From the NCBI GenBank assembly GCA_018302815.1, contig JAGVZE010000015.1, positions 2,328 through 66,327 of the forward strand: a stretch of 64,000 nucleotides of DNA. Reading direction: 5' to 3'. The notes beneath the pieces were generated by a model. The model had not been told where the DNA came from, searched no databases, and was given only the letters and a program-made list of their open reading frames with translations. Below, in pieces: positions 9,135 through 19,434 of this stretch. The position numbers and the translations under genes were made by a program. Every line of letters starts with the position of its first letter. Within the stretch, counting starts at the first letter, position 1. Origin of the DNA: Candidatus Woesearchaeota archaeon (GTDB lineage Archaea; Nanobdellota; Nanobdellia; Woesearchaeales; ARS49).

Positions 9135-9707
9135 ATGAACATGACAACATTGGTCGGAAAGCCAGCACCAGAATTCACGACAGAAGCGTTTGTGAACGGA
9201 AAGAGCACCAAAGTTAGCCTTAAAGCCCTGCGCGGCAAATGGGTGATACTCGCGTTCTATCCTGCGGACTTCACTTTCATATGTCCGACAGAGCTTGGAG
9301 AACTTGCGGATATGTATGATTCGTTCAAAAAAATGAACGTGGAAGTACTATCTGTCAGCACGGACACAGTATTTGTCCATAAAGCATGGCACGACAACAG
9401 TCCGACCATCAAGAAAATCAGGTTCCCGATGCTCGCAGATCCGACACGCAAACTATGCTCTGATTACGGCACGCTCATCGAACATGAGGGACTTAGCCTT
9501 AGATGCACAGTAATAATCGATCCGAAAGGAGTAGTTCGAAGCTATGATATCCACGACAACAGCATCGGAAGGACAGTCCACGAAATAATGCGAAGGCTTC
9601 AAGCCGCGCAGTTCGTCGAAAAGAACCAAGGCCTTGTCTGTCCAGCGAGCTGGAAACCGGGACAAAAAACATTGAAACCTGGAATGGATCTTGTCGGCAA
9701 GATATAA
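9135..9707 (+). CDS. peroxiredoxin (typical 2-Cys Prx/AhpC-type)
   Basis: AFYPADFTFICPTEL peroxidatic-Cys motif, a resolving Cys near the C-terminus (GLVCPASW), 190 aa. Confidence 0.9.
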   Translation: MNMTTLVGKPAPEFTTEAFVNGKSTKVSLKALRGKWVILAFYPADFTFICPTELGELADMYDSFKKMNVEVLSVSTDTVFVHKAWHDNSPTIKKIRFPMLADPTRKLCSDYGTLIEHEGLSLRCTVIIDPKGVVRSYDIHDNSIGRTVHEIMRRLQAAQFVEKNQGLVCPASWKPGQKTLKPGMDLVGKI

Positions 9708-9791
9708 GCCACTTTTTTATTTTATTTACTTTATTTATTCTGCATTCGTTATTTTTTTCAACATTTCGCTAATGATAGTTAAAACTAAATC

Positions 9792-10619
9792 TTAACGCAC
9801 GAATGATGAAATCTCTTTCGCTAGACGCACGATTGTTGAGGCATGCGGCGATTTGATATATTTCCTTAATTCGCGCTCAGCCGCCCACAACGGCACTGCA
9901 TCATTAAAGTTGCACTCCCTGAAACAGCCGAACGCCTGTTTATAGAATTTTTTAGTATCCTGAAGTTCGCCAATTTCTGAACGTTTTACATCGAGTCGTT
10001 TGAGAATGTCCGCGATTCTCTCTATGCGCTCAGCGACCATTCTCATGTCCATTGCACGTATCAATGAAATCTGCGCCCTCGCGAATCGTCCTTCAGACAG
10101 AAAACGCCTGATTTGCATAACGAGAAGATAATAAAACCTGGTAAGCGACTCTTCAGTCGCATTCCTCACATCTTTAGGAGCGCTTGCGATAGCGTCATCA
10201 AACAGGTTGAGAGAAAGGAAAAACATCCGCGAAAGGCATTCATCGATCGTAAGCTCATCAATTGGAAAACATTTCACGACTAATTTGTCTTTTGATTCTT
10301 CCACAAGTTGAACGTTCATGAACGTGCGCAAAAAAGAGCGCGCATCAGAATCGGGCCGTTCTTTAATGTTGAGCGTAATTTCCTGCGCGCCGCTGAAATA
10401 TTCGCGGAAAAACCTGCGCTCTCCGCTAACATCAAATGGAATTGAAACTTTCCTATTTTCGACTTTACCCGTGAATTCAGGAGCTATCAACAGAGCGCCG
10501 TTATCAGCCACGCTCATCCTAACAGTGGAGCCTTTTTTGAGCCTAAGAGTATTCGCCCACTCCTTTGGAACAGTAACAAGCAACGACTTGCCTATCTCCT
10601 GAAGTTTTCGCTCTTTCAT
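9792..10619 (-). CDS. AbrB/SpoVT-domain plus PhoU-like domain regulator (archaeal phosphate-uptake-regulator type)
   Basis: N-terminal swapped-hairpin motif (GKSLLVTVPKEWANTLRLKKGSTVRMSV), followed by about 200 aa of helical repeat region resembling PhoU. Confidence 0.5.
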   Translation of the reverse strand: MKERKLQEIGKSLLVTVPKEWANTLRLKKGSTVRMSVADNGALLIAPEFTGKVENRKVSIPFDVSGERRFFREYFSGAQEITLNIKERPDSDARSFLRTFMNVQLVEESKDKLVVKCFPIDELTIDECLSRMFFLSLNLFDDAIASAPKDVRNATEESLTRFYYLLVMQIRRFLSEGRFARAQISLIRAMDMRMVAERIERIADILKRLDVKRSEIGELQDTKKFYKQAFGCFRECNFNDAVPLWAAERELRKYIKSPHASTIVRLAKEISSFVR

Positions 10620-10712
10620 ATACTTGCGCGTCTTTTGCTTGTGTTATTAAATTTTTCCATCTTTAAAGATTTATAGAAAGAGTTTATAGATTCCTGCAGC
10701 TATCCGATTTTC

Positions 10713-11975
10713 ATGAAAAAGGCAGAATTTATCGAAACAATCACTCAAATGAAAAAATACAGAGCGGCGTACCTGCGTCTCTACGAACTGCATTCGCCAA
10801 TCAGAGATTTCTTGAATGATGTCAAGAAAGAATATCAATCATACGATGACGCTGATTGGAAGATGCCCGGAAGCGAAGCCGCGCTAGACTCATCAGTTAA
10901 AAAGAGAACACTTGAATTATTGGCTTCGCAAAAAGATACTGATATCGCAAAAATATTACAGCCGTATGATATATGCTCGCTGCGCGTGGAAGGAGGGTAT
11001 GAAGTTTTGCCGATCAACGCGCCATCGAGGCAATTCGGTTCATACGGCCTTCCCGGAAGCGTTTTTCTTGAAAGACTTTTAGAAACGCAGGAAAGCTACG
11101 CAAAACTTCGCTCAGCTTCCGCTGACGAACTCGACCTGATAGCTTCAGGAATGACAAAATCTTTCAACTATTCATGCGGGTGCCATTACAAAACGCCCTG
11201 TAAAAACTGCAAAACAGTCCACGTCCTTGAAGCTTTCACAACGGCAGCCGATACTGCTAAATCGATGCTGAACTATTTTTACAAACAAAAATCAAAAACT
11301 CTGGAGCGGGAATATCCCATTATTGAATGGGACAGGGGAGTTAGCGCAGACTTGAAGTTTGACTTTGACTGGTTGAAAGACAAAAGTCCATATGATACTT
11401 TGAAGCTGCTTTGTCCAAAAGACAGAGAACTTCTCACATTAACGCAATTAACTTGTAAGCGTGATTCTGGATTCGTCAAAATCACTGCGAACCTTTCAGA
11501 TGAACGACAGGTATCTGAACTTTATTCTCTTCTTGAAGCCGTCAAGGAGTGGAAGTATACGCGAGAAGATGCATATGAACTTAGAACCGAACTCACACGA
11601 CTGCTCGAGCTTGAACATCTTGAGCAATATCTTAGCGGTTTCAATTCAAGAAAACCACCCAAATACGCATCACGCGGCGAAGACGCAAAAACAAAAGGCA
11701 TAGTTGACGGCATAGAATCTTTGATGAAACAAGCAGTCTGCACGCGTGAAGATTTAGCCGATCAAATTAAAAAACGTAAAGTTCAGCTGAGGGAGAAGTA
11801 CGGAATATTGGATTTGAATTTTTGCTGTGAAGATAAAGAATACAATGATGGTCCATCAATGTTTCCCCGAAAGCCTCAAGGAAGCATACGTTTTTACGAG
11901 AAGACTATGACTTCATTGAATGACATGGGACTGATAAAGCTGGCCAAAGATCATGTTCTCTCAATGATCCACTAA
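10713..11975 (+). CDS. hypothetical cytoplasmic protein with CxCH-x5-CxxC cluster
   Basis: 420-aa ORF, no TM. Cys cluster SCGCHYKTPCKNCKTV. Lies upstream of the second ccdA paralog on the same strand. Confidence 0.45.
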   Translation: MKKAEFIETITQMKKYRAAYLRLYELHSPIRDFLNDVKKEYQSYDDADWKMPGSEAALDSSVKKRTLELLASQKDTDIAKILQPYDICSLRVEGGYEVLPINAPSRQFGSYGLPGSVFLERLLETQESYAKLRSASADELDLIASGMTKSFNYSCGCHYKTPCKNCKTVHVLEAFTTAADTAKSMLNYFYKQKSKTLEREYPIIEWDRGVSADLKFDFDWLKDKSPYDTLKLLCPKDRELLTLTQLTCKRDSGFVKITANLSDERQVSELYSLLEAVKEWKYTREDAYELRTELTRLLELEHLEQYLSGFNSRKPPKYASRGEDAKTKGIVDGIESLMKQAVCTREDLADQIKKRKVQLREKYGILDLNFCCEDKEYNDGPSMFPRKPQGSIRFYEKTMTSLNDMGLIKLAKDHVLSMIH

Positions 11976-12006
11976 TCTTTTATAGGCAGCTTCGCATTTT
12001 TGCTTT

Positions 12007-12708
12007 ATGGCGCTCACTTTCATCATAGCTTTTATCGCAGGCATAGCGAGCTTTATTTCACCATGCGTACTGCCACTGGTTCCGGCTTTTCTTGGCCACA
12101 TCGCGGAGAATAAGATAGAGCGCGCAGGAAGAGCCGCACTTTTTTATCACAGTCTCTTATTCGTGTTAGGATTTAGCGCGGTATTCTCTTTATTAGGGGT
12201 GCTTCTCAACAGCGTGCTGTCCAATGTAGCGTACGAAGCACAGATATGGCTTGGACGAATCGCGGGCAGTGTAATAATATTATTCGGATTTCACATGCTT
12301 GGACTAATCAAACCGGCGTTCCTTGAGAAAGAACATAAATTCAAAGTGAAACGATTCAAAAGCAAAAGCCTGACCAGCTTCGTATTCGGAGCTGCATTCG
12401 CAGTCGGCTGGACACCGTGCGTGGGCGCGGTACTTGGAAGCATCCTTGCGCTCGCGGTCAGCATGCCCGGCGAAAGTTTCATACTGCTTCTAGCTTACTC
12501 GCTGGGCCTTGGAATACCCTTTTTAATCGTCGGACTTTTTGCCCATTCGTTCCTTGCGATCATACAAAAACGCTCAACATTCTTTTTGTATTTCAACGTG
12601 ATTGTGGGCATACTAATCACATTACTTGGAATATTTGTATTCACGGGAAGGCTGGCGCTTGCAGCAACTGGTTTAAGTTCGCTTGTCGCGCTGATTCTTC
12701 AGAAATGA
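12007..12708 (+). CDS. ccdA: CcdA/DsbD-family thiol-disulfide transmembrane electron transporter (second paralog)
   Basis: ISPCVLPLVPAF and GWTPCVGAVLG motifs (two conserved Cys in TM1 and TM4), six TM helices. Confidence 0.8.
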   Translation: MALTFIIAFIAGIASFISPCVLPLVPAFLGHIAENKIERAGRAALFYHSLLFVLGFSAVFSLLGVLLNSVLSNVAYEAQIWLGRIAGSVIILFGFHMLGLIKPAFLEKEHKFKVKRFKSKSLTSFVFGAAFAVGWTPCVGAVLGSILALAVSMPGESFILLLAYSLGLGIPFLIVGLFAHSFLAIIQKRSTFFLYFNVIVGILITLLGIFVFTGRLALAATGLSSLVALILQK

Positions 12709-13214
12709 ACAGCGTATGCGTGGCCTTTTCTGTGAAGCGGTTCAGTCTTCACGTGCCTGCGTTTGAATGGCGGCGCGCAGAACCATTGAGCAGGCTCGTA
12801 TCGGTCCAAAGATACATCAGAAATCTCTGATAATTCTTTACGGCCAAAACGTAGTATGTCGTCCAATCGTATCTGTTTTTTCATACGATATGAGAACATT
12901 TTCGGATTGTGCGCGCAAGAAGTCAAGTGGATGAATTTTCGGTCGATATCAATTGGAATCGCCAAGCAAAATTTTTGCTCATCACTCGTGTATGAAACGG
13001 CAGGAGCGTTGTTGTCAATTGAGCCATAAACCTCAAGGCCACGGTAATCGATAACAATCGCTCCCTGAGGATTCTCATTTCGCAACGTGTCTTGAAAAAC
13101 TTCTCTTATTAGATTATAGAAATATTCACCTTTCATAACGAACCAGCGGCCGGTCAAGGCCATAAACATTCTTGTGAATCTCATCACGCACTTCTGAAAA
13201 TCCTTTTTCATCAA
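12699..13214 (-). CDS. hypothetical protein
   Basis: 171-aa ORF. The N-terminal 88 nt overlap the 3' end of the GNAT gene, so the true start is probably an internal Met (approx 13136). No motif recognised. Confidence 0.35.
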   Translation of the reverse strand: MMKKDFQKCVMRFTRMFMALTGRWFVMKGEYFYNLIREVFQDTLRNENPQGAIVIDYRGLEVYGSIDNNAPAVSYTSDEQKFCLAIPIDIDRKFIHLTSCAHNPKMFSYRMKKQIRLDDILRFGRKELSEISDVSLDRYEPAQWFCAPPFKRRHVKTEPLHRKGHAYAVHF

Positions 13215-13650
13215 GAGTCATGGGCGCGCTCATCAGTTGAAGTTTAACCGGAATCTTGCGCGCTCCAGGGGGTTGCAAATATTCGAATGGGGCAGTACGG
13301 AAACCGCAACGCTCAAAAAACTTGACAGCAGGACTATCCGGAGGAACTTCGAGCAAAGTCGGGCACGCTTCGCTTCGCATCAACATGACTTCTTTTCCAC
13401 AGCCAAGATTTCTATATTTCTCATCCATCGCAAAATGTTCAATGAAATCAAAATTGTACAGATTCCAAACGCTCATCATTCCCATGACATTCTCTTTCTT
13501 TATCGCGAGAAGCGAATAATTGCTTTTATCAAAAAGCTTGAACTGCTCTTCCAAAGAACGCTGACCGTCGGCAGGAAAAGAAGAGCGGTATATATCCCAA
13601 ACTGCCCCGAATTCCTCATCCGTCGCGCTGTGCACTCGCAAAAGACGCAT
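13126..13650 (-). CDS. GNAT-family N-acetyltransferase
   Basis: Motif A region RNLGCGKEVM and FFERCGF C-terminal motif typical of the GNAT fold, 174 aa. Confidence 0.7.
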   Translation of the reverse strand: MRLLRVHSATDEEFGAVWDIYRSSFPADGQRSLEEQFKLFDKSNYSLLAIKKENVMGMMSVWNLYNFDFIEHFAMDEKYRNLGCGKEVMLMRSEACPTLLEVPPDSPAVKFFERCGFRTAPFEYLQPPGARKIPVKLQLMSAPMTLDEKGFSEVRDEIHKNVYGLDRPLVRYER

Positions 13651-13713
13651 AATTCCTGAAACTTCAACCTATTTAAAAAGCATACGACATAAAAATTGTT
13701 ACTTTATATAGTT

Positions 13714-14274
13714 TCAAGGTGGAAGCCTGCGTTGCTGCTTGAGCATAGAAACAACGACGTCCGCGAACACTTTGATATCGCTCCAATGTTGTGGGTTCGG
13801 ATATTGATCGTAAATCTCGTAGGGATAGTAAAAACTATGTTCGAATTGATGCATCGCGTCAGGAAAAGTCAATCCCGCCCCTGCGGCGAGGTGAACGTCT
13901 CCACTTGCCACTTCAGCCCAGCCCATTTGGTTTACACCCCAAGGAGTATAATTTAAAAGAGGAACTTCATACAAGTACATATGCCTGCGGGGCGCGTTAT
14001 ACGGAGCGCCGAACACGGCATTGTACATTTGCCAGTGCTGGTTGATGGCATCTAGCGCCCACGTTTGATCGTGCGCGTCCATAGATGCGGCGTAGTGGAT
14101 AGTGAACGGACCTACTACGCTTGTCGGACCGTTTGGCACGAAAGCTTTCTCTTGGCTTGCATTATTACACCCGGGAGAACTTCCACTCACAAAAACAGTG
14201 CTTGCGATAACAACTGAAGAAACCAATTTTTCCAGCGTTGTCTGTCCTCTTTTGTGTTGCACTGGATTACCCAT
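13714..14274 (-). CDS. secreted/lipoprotein-like hypothetical protein
   Basis: N-terminal hydrophobic segment ending in a lipobox-like Cys (VFVSGSSPGCNN). Trp/Tyr/Pro-rich mature region. Confidence 0.4.
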   Translation of the reverse strand: MGNPVQHKRGQTTLEKLVSSVVIASTVFVSGSSPGCNNASQEKAFVPNGPTSVVGPFTIHYAASMDAHDQTWALDAINQHWQMYNAVFGAPYNAPRRHMYLYEVPLLNYTPWGVNQMGWAEVASGDVHLAAGAGLTFPDAMHQFEHSFYYPYEIYDQYPNPQHWSDIKVFADVVVSMLKQQRRLPP

Positions 14275-14370
14275 ATTACGCCGTGTTTTTATAGTTTTCT
14301 TTATAATTTTAAAAGAAGTCTGTTTCGTATTGTCGATTAATTTATAAGTGGGAAATTCTTTCTTGTAGTT

Positions 14371-17300
14371 ATGAAAAGAGGCGAGTTTGCAATAGGACTA
14401 TTACTCACACTCTTCTCGTTAGGTCTTACCTTCGCGCTCCTTTCAATCGATTCGCCAAGCCACACGGGCTTTCAAGTGGCGGACGTACAGTCATTGCAAA
14501 GCAGCGGAAATGAAGAACGAGGAATCTTCGCATCACGAACCATACAAGTTGCGTGCACGAGTTGCGCAGACTGCACTACGTGCTCAGCGACAGTAGGAAA
14601 TACGTGCACGCTCAGCGGGCCTATGAGTGAAGCAGGAACATGCATAACTATTGGAGCAGATAACGTCACAATAGACTGCGCGGGAAATATTATTACGTTT
14701 GATACTGGTGGAGGCGGAATCGATGCGGGTATTCTTGCAACAAACAAAACTAATGTCACGCTTAACAACTGCACTATTATTGATAGCACTAGTTCAGGTG
14801 CAAGTGGAAGCGGCGTTAGCTTCATTAACGTCTCGCATAGTATGGTTGCAAATATAAGCATTTTCACTAACGGAACGACGGCCACGTTTGGCATTGGTTT
14901 TATCAACAGTTCCAACAATAACACTGCACAATCGAACACGATCTTTAGTCTTGGCACAACGGAGAGCGCAGGTATCGCGGTGAGAAACAGCAATGATAGT
15001 GTCATGAGAGAAAACATCATCAATGCGCAATACTCGTCAGCAAGTAATGCGGGAATCAGTATTCTTACAAATAGCTTGCGTTCACAAGTATTTAATAACT
15101 CAGTGGATGTCAATGGGATTTCTAGCACACTTGGAATTTCTGCAGGGTTTAACTCCAACTATACACAAATAGGCAATAATGTTGTTTCAACCACGGGAAC
15201 GGGTGCATTCAATATCGGCATTAATGTTGACAACGGTGCTTCGATTTCAAACATTGAAAATAATACGATTACGACCAATGGCACTAATGGTAATCATGGT
15301 ATACGCCTTGCGGGTTCAGCGAGCAATACTAGTATAAGAAACAATACAATTGAGACCAATGGAACGAATTCCAGTAACGGTATTTTATTAACGGGTATTA
15401 TCAATAATAATGTTGTTCGCAGCAATCAAATTTTCGCAAATGGTCAATTGGGCGGTTCTAATGCGGGCATCGTGCTTTCAGCGAGTACGGGGACAAATAA
15501 TACAGTCCAAGACAATTCAGTGATGACTGCAGGCGGTCCATCTGATTGGGGAATTAGTTTTGAAACAATCAATGGATCGACCATCCAAAATAACACGATT
15601 ACAACCAACGGAACCAGCCAGAATATGGGAATTCGCCTTGACTTTGAATCTGAGAATAACACTATTAGAAATAATTTGATAGCAACAGATGGGACAAGCA
15701 ATAACAGCTTCGGAATCACAGTATCCCGCTCGTATAACACTCTTGTTGAAAATAACCTGGTGCGCACATTTAACGCGCAAAGCCATGGCTTGCGCGTCAC
15801 GAGCGCGAGCAACAACACCACATTTGTCAACAACAGCGTTTACACAACAGGCACGAACAGCTTTGGCATCGCGATTGGCGGCGGAGCATTGGGAGCAGAT
15901 AGAAACTTTTTCAATGACACAAGACTATTCAACGTTACACAATGGATTTTGGTTTCTGACAGCAATGATACAAACTTCACCAACACCACGTTTGAAACTC
16001 CAAACGGCACAATAAACCTTCCCTCAAATTTCAGTTTGAATGGAACGCTCAATGTCACAAAAGCTCAGTTGAACATTTTGAATAACACTGCGTTCATCAA
16101 CACGACGAATGTGAGCCAGTTGAACACGAGCGCGATCGTCACGCTTTCGGGGTTGAACACCTCGACTCCAAGGCCAATCGTTGATTTTAACGATGATAGG
16201 TTGGCAGAGTATTGCGATTCGCCACAGTGCACGCTGTTGAGCTTCATCGGTGGCACTCTTAGATTTAACGTTTCAAGCTTTACCACTTACAGTTCTACCG
16301 GCAATGTGACTGTTGAGAAGAGCGACAGCCCTGATTCGGTTGGGGCAGGTAGCCAGTTGAGCTACACTATAACTATTAACAATACGGGAAATGATACGGT
16401 GTTCAACATTACTGTTGTTGAAACGTACCCTTCAGGAGTCGTGTTCGATTCCAGCAGCCCCTCTGCGAACATAAGCAATAACACTTGGCTCTTGGGCAAT
16501 CTTGCCAATGGCACGTTTACTACCATCAACATTACTTTAACGGTGAGCAGCGTTCTTGCCGATGGCACAGTCTTGAACAACACTGTGAACGTGACATTCT
16601 CAAATGCTGAAGGCATCAATGTTTCAGTAGTCGATACTGAAAACACCACTGTTGTAAGATTCCCTCAGATCAATGTCACGAAGACAGACAGTCCGGATCC
16701 GGTGAACAACGGCTCGACACTTGAGTACACGATAACGATCACTAACTTCGGGACAGGTGCTGCAGTCAATGTGACGTTGCTCGAAAATTATCCTGCCAAT
16801 ACAACCTTCAATGGGTCATCGCCCGCACCCGATGCTGGAAACAACTCCTTTTCACTTGGCAACTTAACTGAAGGCTCGAGCTTCACGGTCAACATAACAG
16901 TGAACGTGAGTGAAAATATGACTTCAGGAATCCTCAATAACACTGCGATCGTGTCGTTCATCAACACAACCGGCGCAAACATCACAATGAACGTCTCAGA
17001 GCTCACAACAGTCACAACACCAAGCGCTCCAACACCTGCGCCGAGCGGAGGAGGCGGCGGGGGCGGAACGAATTTCGCACGCAACGCTCAGATAAACAGA
17101 ACACTGCCGCAGGTCCAACAGCCAGTCGTGCAACAGGCAACAGCCTCTGTCCAAAGCGCGTCAACGCAAGAAGTCCTTACTCAAGAGCCAATACAAGAAC
17201 CGATACTCACTCCTGCGCCAGAACCCGCGCCTCAAGTAGAGCCACAGCCAATATCTTTGCCCAAAACACGCAGCAAGACCGCAATCTTGCCAATAATTGT

Positions 17301-17460
17301 GCTAATAGTTCTAGCTCTTCTAATTCTAATAGCGATGACTCGAAAAGAACCTCCTTCAAAATCGAAACCTGCGCGTGTGAACAAATTTGATGATGAACTT
17401 AAAGAGCTCAAGAAACAATTGGAGCAGACAAACAAAGTATTGAAACATAAAATCAAGTAA
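14371..17460 (+). CDS. cell-surface protein: parallel beta-helix repeats plus two DUF11-like domains, C-terminal TM anchor
   Basis: Signal/TM at N-terminus. Repeated NNT(I/V)xxNG(T/I) beta-helix-type repeats. Two conserved-repeat DUF11-like domains (SDSPDSVGAGSQLSYTITINNTGND..., TDSPDPVNNGSTLEYTITITNFGTG...). Gly-rich and Pro/Gln-rich linker, then hydrophobic anchor (AILPIIVLIVLALLILIAM) and Lys-rich tail. Very dense N-x-S/T sequons. Confidence 0.75.
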   Translation: MKRGEFAIGLLLTLFSLGLTFALLSIDSPSHTGFQVADVQSLQSSGNEERGIFASRTIQVACTSCADCTTCSATVGNTCTLSGPMSEAGTCITIGADNVTIDCAGNIITFDTGGGGIDAGILATNKTNVTLNNCTIIDSTSSGASGSGVSFINVSHSMVANISIFTNGTTATFGIGFINSSNNNTAQSNTIFSLGTTESAGIAVRNSNDSVMRENIINAQYSSASNAGISILTNSLRSQVFNNSVDVNGISSTLGISAGFNSNYTQIGNNVVSTTGTGAFNIGINVDNGASISNIENNTITTNGTNGNHGIRLAGSASNTSIRNNTIETNGTNSSNGILLTGIINNNVVRSNQIFANGQLGGSNAGIVLSASTGTNNTVQDNSVMTAGGPSDWGISFETINGSTIQNNTITTNGTSQNMGIRLDFESENNTIRNNLIATDGTSNNSFGITVSRSYNTLVENNLVRTFNAQSHGLRVTSASNNTTFVNNSVYTTGTNSFGIAIGGGALGADRNFFNDTRLFNVTQWILVSDSNDTNFTNTTFETPNGTINLPSNFSLNGTLNVTKAQLNILNNTAFINTTNVSQLNTSAIVTLSGLNTSTPRPIVDFNDDRLAEYCDSPQCTLLSFIGGTLRFNVSSFTTYSSTGNVTVEKSDSPDSVGAGSQLSYTITINNTGNDTVFNITVVETYPSGVVFDSSSPSANISNNTWLLGNLANGTFTTINITLTVSSVLADGTVLNNTVNVTFSNAEGINVSVVDTENTTVVRFPQINVTKTDSPDPVNNGSTLEYTITITNFGTGAAVNVTLLENYPANTTFNGSSPAPDAGNNSFSLGNLTEGSSFTVNITVNVSENMTSGILNNTAIVSFINTTGANITMNVSELTTVTTPSAPTPAPSGGGGGGGTNFARNAQINRTLPQVQQPVVQQATASVQSASTQEVLTQEPIQEPILTPAPEPAPQVEPQPISLPKTRSKTAILPIIVLIVLALLILIAMTRKEPPSKSKPARVNKFDDELKELKKQLEQTNKVLKHKIK

Positions 17461-19383
17461 TCAGAGAATATCAATTTCCTGCAATGAATTCTGAACTCTT
17501 TGCTGGGCTTCACGCAGAACGTCCTGCAGAGCACGATCAGGTGTGGCTTCCCTTACCTGTCCCATTTTATCGATTATCTGGCGCAGGAATCTCACTAAAT
17601 CACCTTCTATCATGCTAGTGTTATACATCATTTCGAAAATGGTTTGTCCCTCATAGCACGGCTTGATTAAAGAAGTGACTTCAAGAACATATTTTAGCCT
17701 GTCCTCGGTCTTAAAATACTGAACCTGGCGAATCTTTCCATACACCTCATCCACGTCGTTGGATTTGAATTTTTTATGGAATTGCATCTTATCGCGCCCT
17801 TCAAGGCAAATGCAAGCGAAAAGAAGCATCACCTGGTAGAGATTAAATCCAATATGAAAATCAGTGCCGAACATCTCGCCTATCAAAATTTCATCGGAAT
17901 AAATCTTTGACGCGAATTCTCCTTTGTGAGTCAGTTTGCCTTCTTTCAAATAGTTCATATTGTGCAATTTAGTATGGTAATTATCAAACGCGCTATGGCT
18001 CTTGAAATTCTTCATTTTGCCGAATTTGGCGCCGAACCTTTGGAACGAGTCGAAACTCTTGCACAGGATTTCATGGATTTCCTGAGCATCGTGCTTTTTT
18101 ATGAGGTTGAGAACGGTATTGATGGACAAACGGAACTGAGATGTTATCGGCGTCGTGTCAGCGTCTATGAGCGTCTTAACTTTGTTCGCATCAAAATCCC
18201 TGCGCGTGACCATCACGTACACGAATCCTTCTGTATCAAGACCTCTTCGTCCTGCTCTTCCTGCGATCTGGAAAAATTCCTTGCTGTTGATTTGGCGGAA
18301 AGATATGCCATCAAACTTTCGAATAGAATCAAACACGACAGTTTTTGCAGGCATATTGAGACCCACAGCGAACGTTTCTGTCGTGTAAAGAACTTGGATC
18401 TTTCCCTGAGCGAACAGGTCTTCCACTATATCTTTCATGATCGGCAAAAGACCTGCGTGATGAAATCCAATGCCAAACGGCAGGATAGTTCTTAACGTGC
18501 GCGTTGAATCAAGCTGGTTGATTTCTTCAGGAGCTTCTTTGAGCTTATCTCTTATGAACGCTGAAATGCTCGGCACAGCCTTGAACATCTGTTTTTTTGA
18601 AAGTTCGAACGCTTTCTGCTCGCACGCGCTTCTTGAAAAACAGAAATATAGCGCAGGAATTTTATCTTTCATTTCTTTCAGTAGTTGGTAATGAGATGGA
18701 GCTGGAGTTCTTGACCTGCGTTCGCGCGAACGGCCTCGCACATAGGAGTAATCAGGGATATCAATCACGTCTTTGATGTTCTTCAAAGTCGTGATGCCAA
18801 GGTCGCTATCGTAGAAATTTATGTGAAGCGGAATCGGACGCACGTCATGGCGAATGACTGCCACTTCGTGCTCTTTTATAGCCTGAATCCACGCGGCGAA
18901 CTCTTCTGCGTTAGGAATTGTTGCGGAAAGGCACAGCATACGGATGTGCGGCTTTGTGAAAATGATGGATTCCTCCCAAACGTAGCCTCGTTCTGGATCA
19001 TTGATGAAATGAATCTCATCAAAAACAATGTACGAAACATCGTGAAGCATAGGGTCATCAGTTATGGTCATATTTCTGTAAATTTCAGTGGTCATGATGA
19101 CTACCTTAGCATCAGAATTCCTGACAAGGTCCCCAGTTATGAGCCCCACATTCTGTTCGCCATACTGAGCGCAAAAATCCTTATATTTCTGGTTGGAAAG
19201 CGCCTTAATTGGAGCTGTGTAGATGACTCTAACACCTTTCTTTAAGTCGCGGTCGATGATGTAATCCGCGATAAGAGTCTTGCCAGAACCAGTAGGAGCT
19301 GAAACTACAACAGACTTGTTCTGGTCAATTGCCTCAATAGCTTCAATTTGGAACTTATCCAGCTCCAGCCCTTTATATATCAT
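17461..19383 (-). CDS. Ski2-like superfamily-2 DExH helicase
   Basis: Walker A SAPTGSGKT, DEIH box, SAT motif (LSATIPN), HAGL and QxxGRAGRRG motifs. 640 aa. Confidence 0.8.
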   Translation of the reverse strand: MIYKGLELDKFQIEAIEAIDQNKSVVVSAPTGSGKTLIADYIIDRDLKKGVRVIYTAPIKALSNQKYKDFCAQYGEQNVGLITGDLVRNSDAKVVIMTTEIYRNMTITDDPMLHDVSYIVFDEIHFINDPERGYVWEESIIFTKPHIRMLCLSATIPNAEEFAAWIQAIKEHEVAVIRHDVRPIPLHINFYDSDLGITTLKNIKDVIDIPDYSYVRGRSRERRSRTPAPSHYQLLKEMKDKIPALYFCFSRSACEQKAFELSKKQMFKAVPSISAFIRDKLKEAPEEINQLDSTRTLRTILPFGIGFHHAGLLPIMKDIVEDLFAQGKIQVLYTTETFAVGLNMPAKTVVFDSIRKFDGISFRQINSKEFFQIAGRAGRRGLDTEGFVYVMVTRRDFDANKVKTLIDADTTPITSQFRLSINTVLNLIKKHDAQEIHEILCKSFDSFQRFGAKFGKMKNFKSHSAFDNYHTKLHNMNYLKEGKLTHKGEFASKIYSDEILIGEMFGTDFHIGFNLYQVMLLFACICLEGRDKMQFHKKFKSNDVDEVYGKIRQVQYFKTEDRLKYVLEVTSLIKPCYEGQTIFEMMYNTSMIEGDLVRFLRQIIDKMGQVREATPDRALQDVLREAQQRVQNSLQEIDIL

Positions 19384-19434
19384 AAGACGATTTTATCGAC
19401 CTCACTATTTAAATACTCCTTCTGGTTTCTATGA

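Noticed and set aside
9708-9791. Possible small ncRNA in the T-rich interval after the peroxiredoxin gene
   Set aside because: The sequence is simple oligo-T/A tracts (TTTTTTATTTTATTTACTTTATTTATT), best explained as convergent archaeal terminators for the two flanking genes.
12699-13214. 171-aa ORF as a toxin/antitoxin partner of the GNAT gene because of its 88-nt overlap
   Set aside because: The overlap disappears if an internal Met is used. It has no toxin or antitoxin motifs, and GNAT-type TA systems have a different partner (RHH/Xre).
14472-17084. Minus-strand ORFs within the beta-helix surface protein gene (14472..15158, 15444..15833, 16788..17084 and others)
   Set aside because: They are antisense to a well-supported 1029-aa gene. 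Their repetitive Pro/Val-rich translations mirror the sense repeats.
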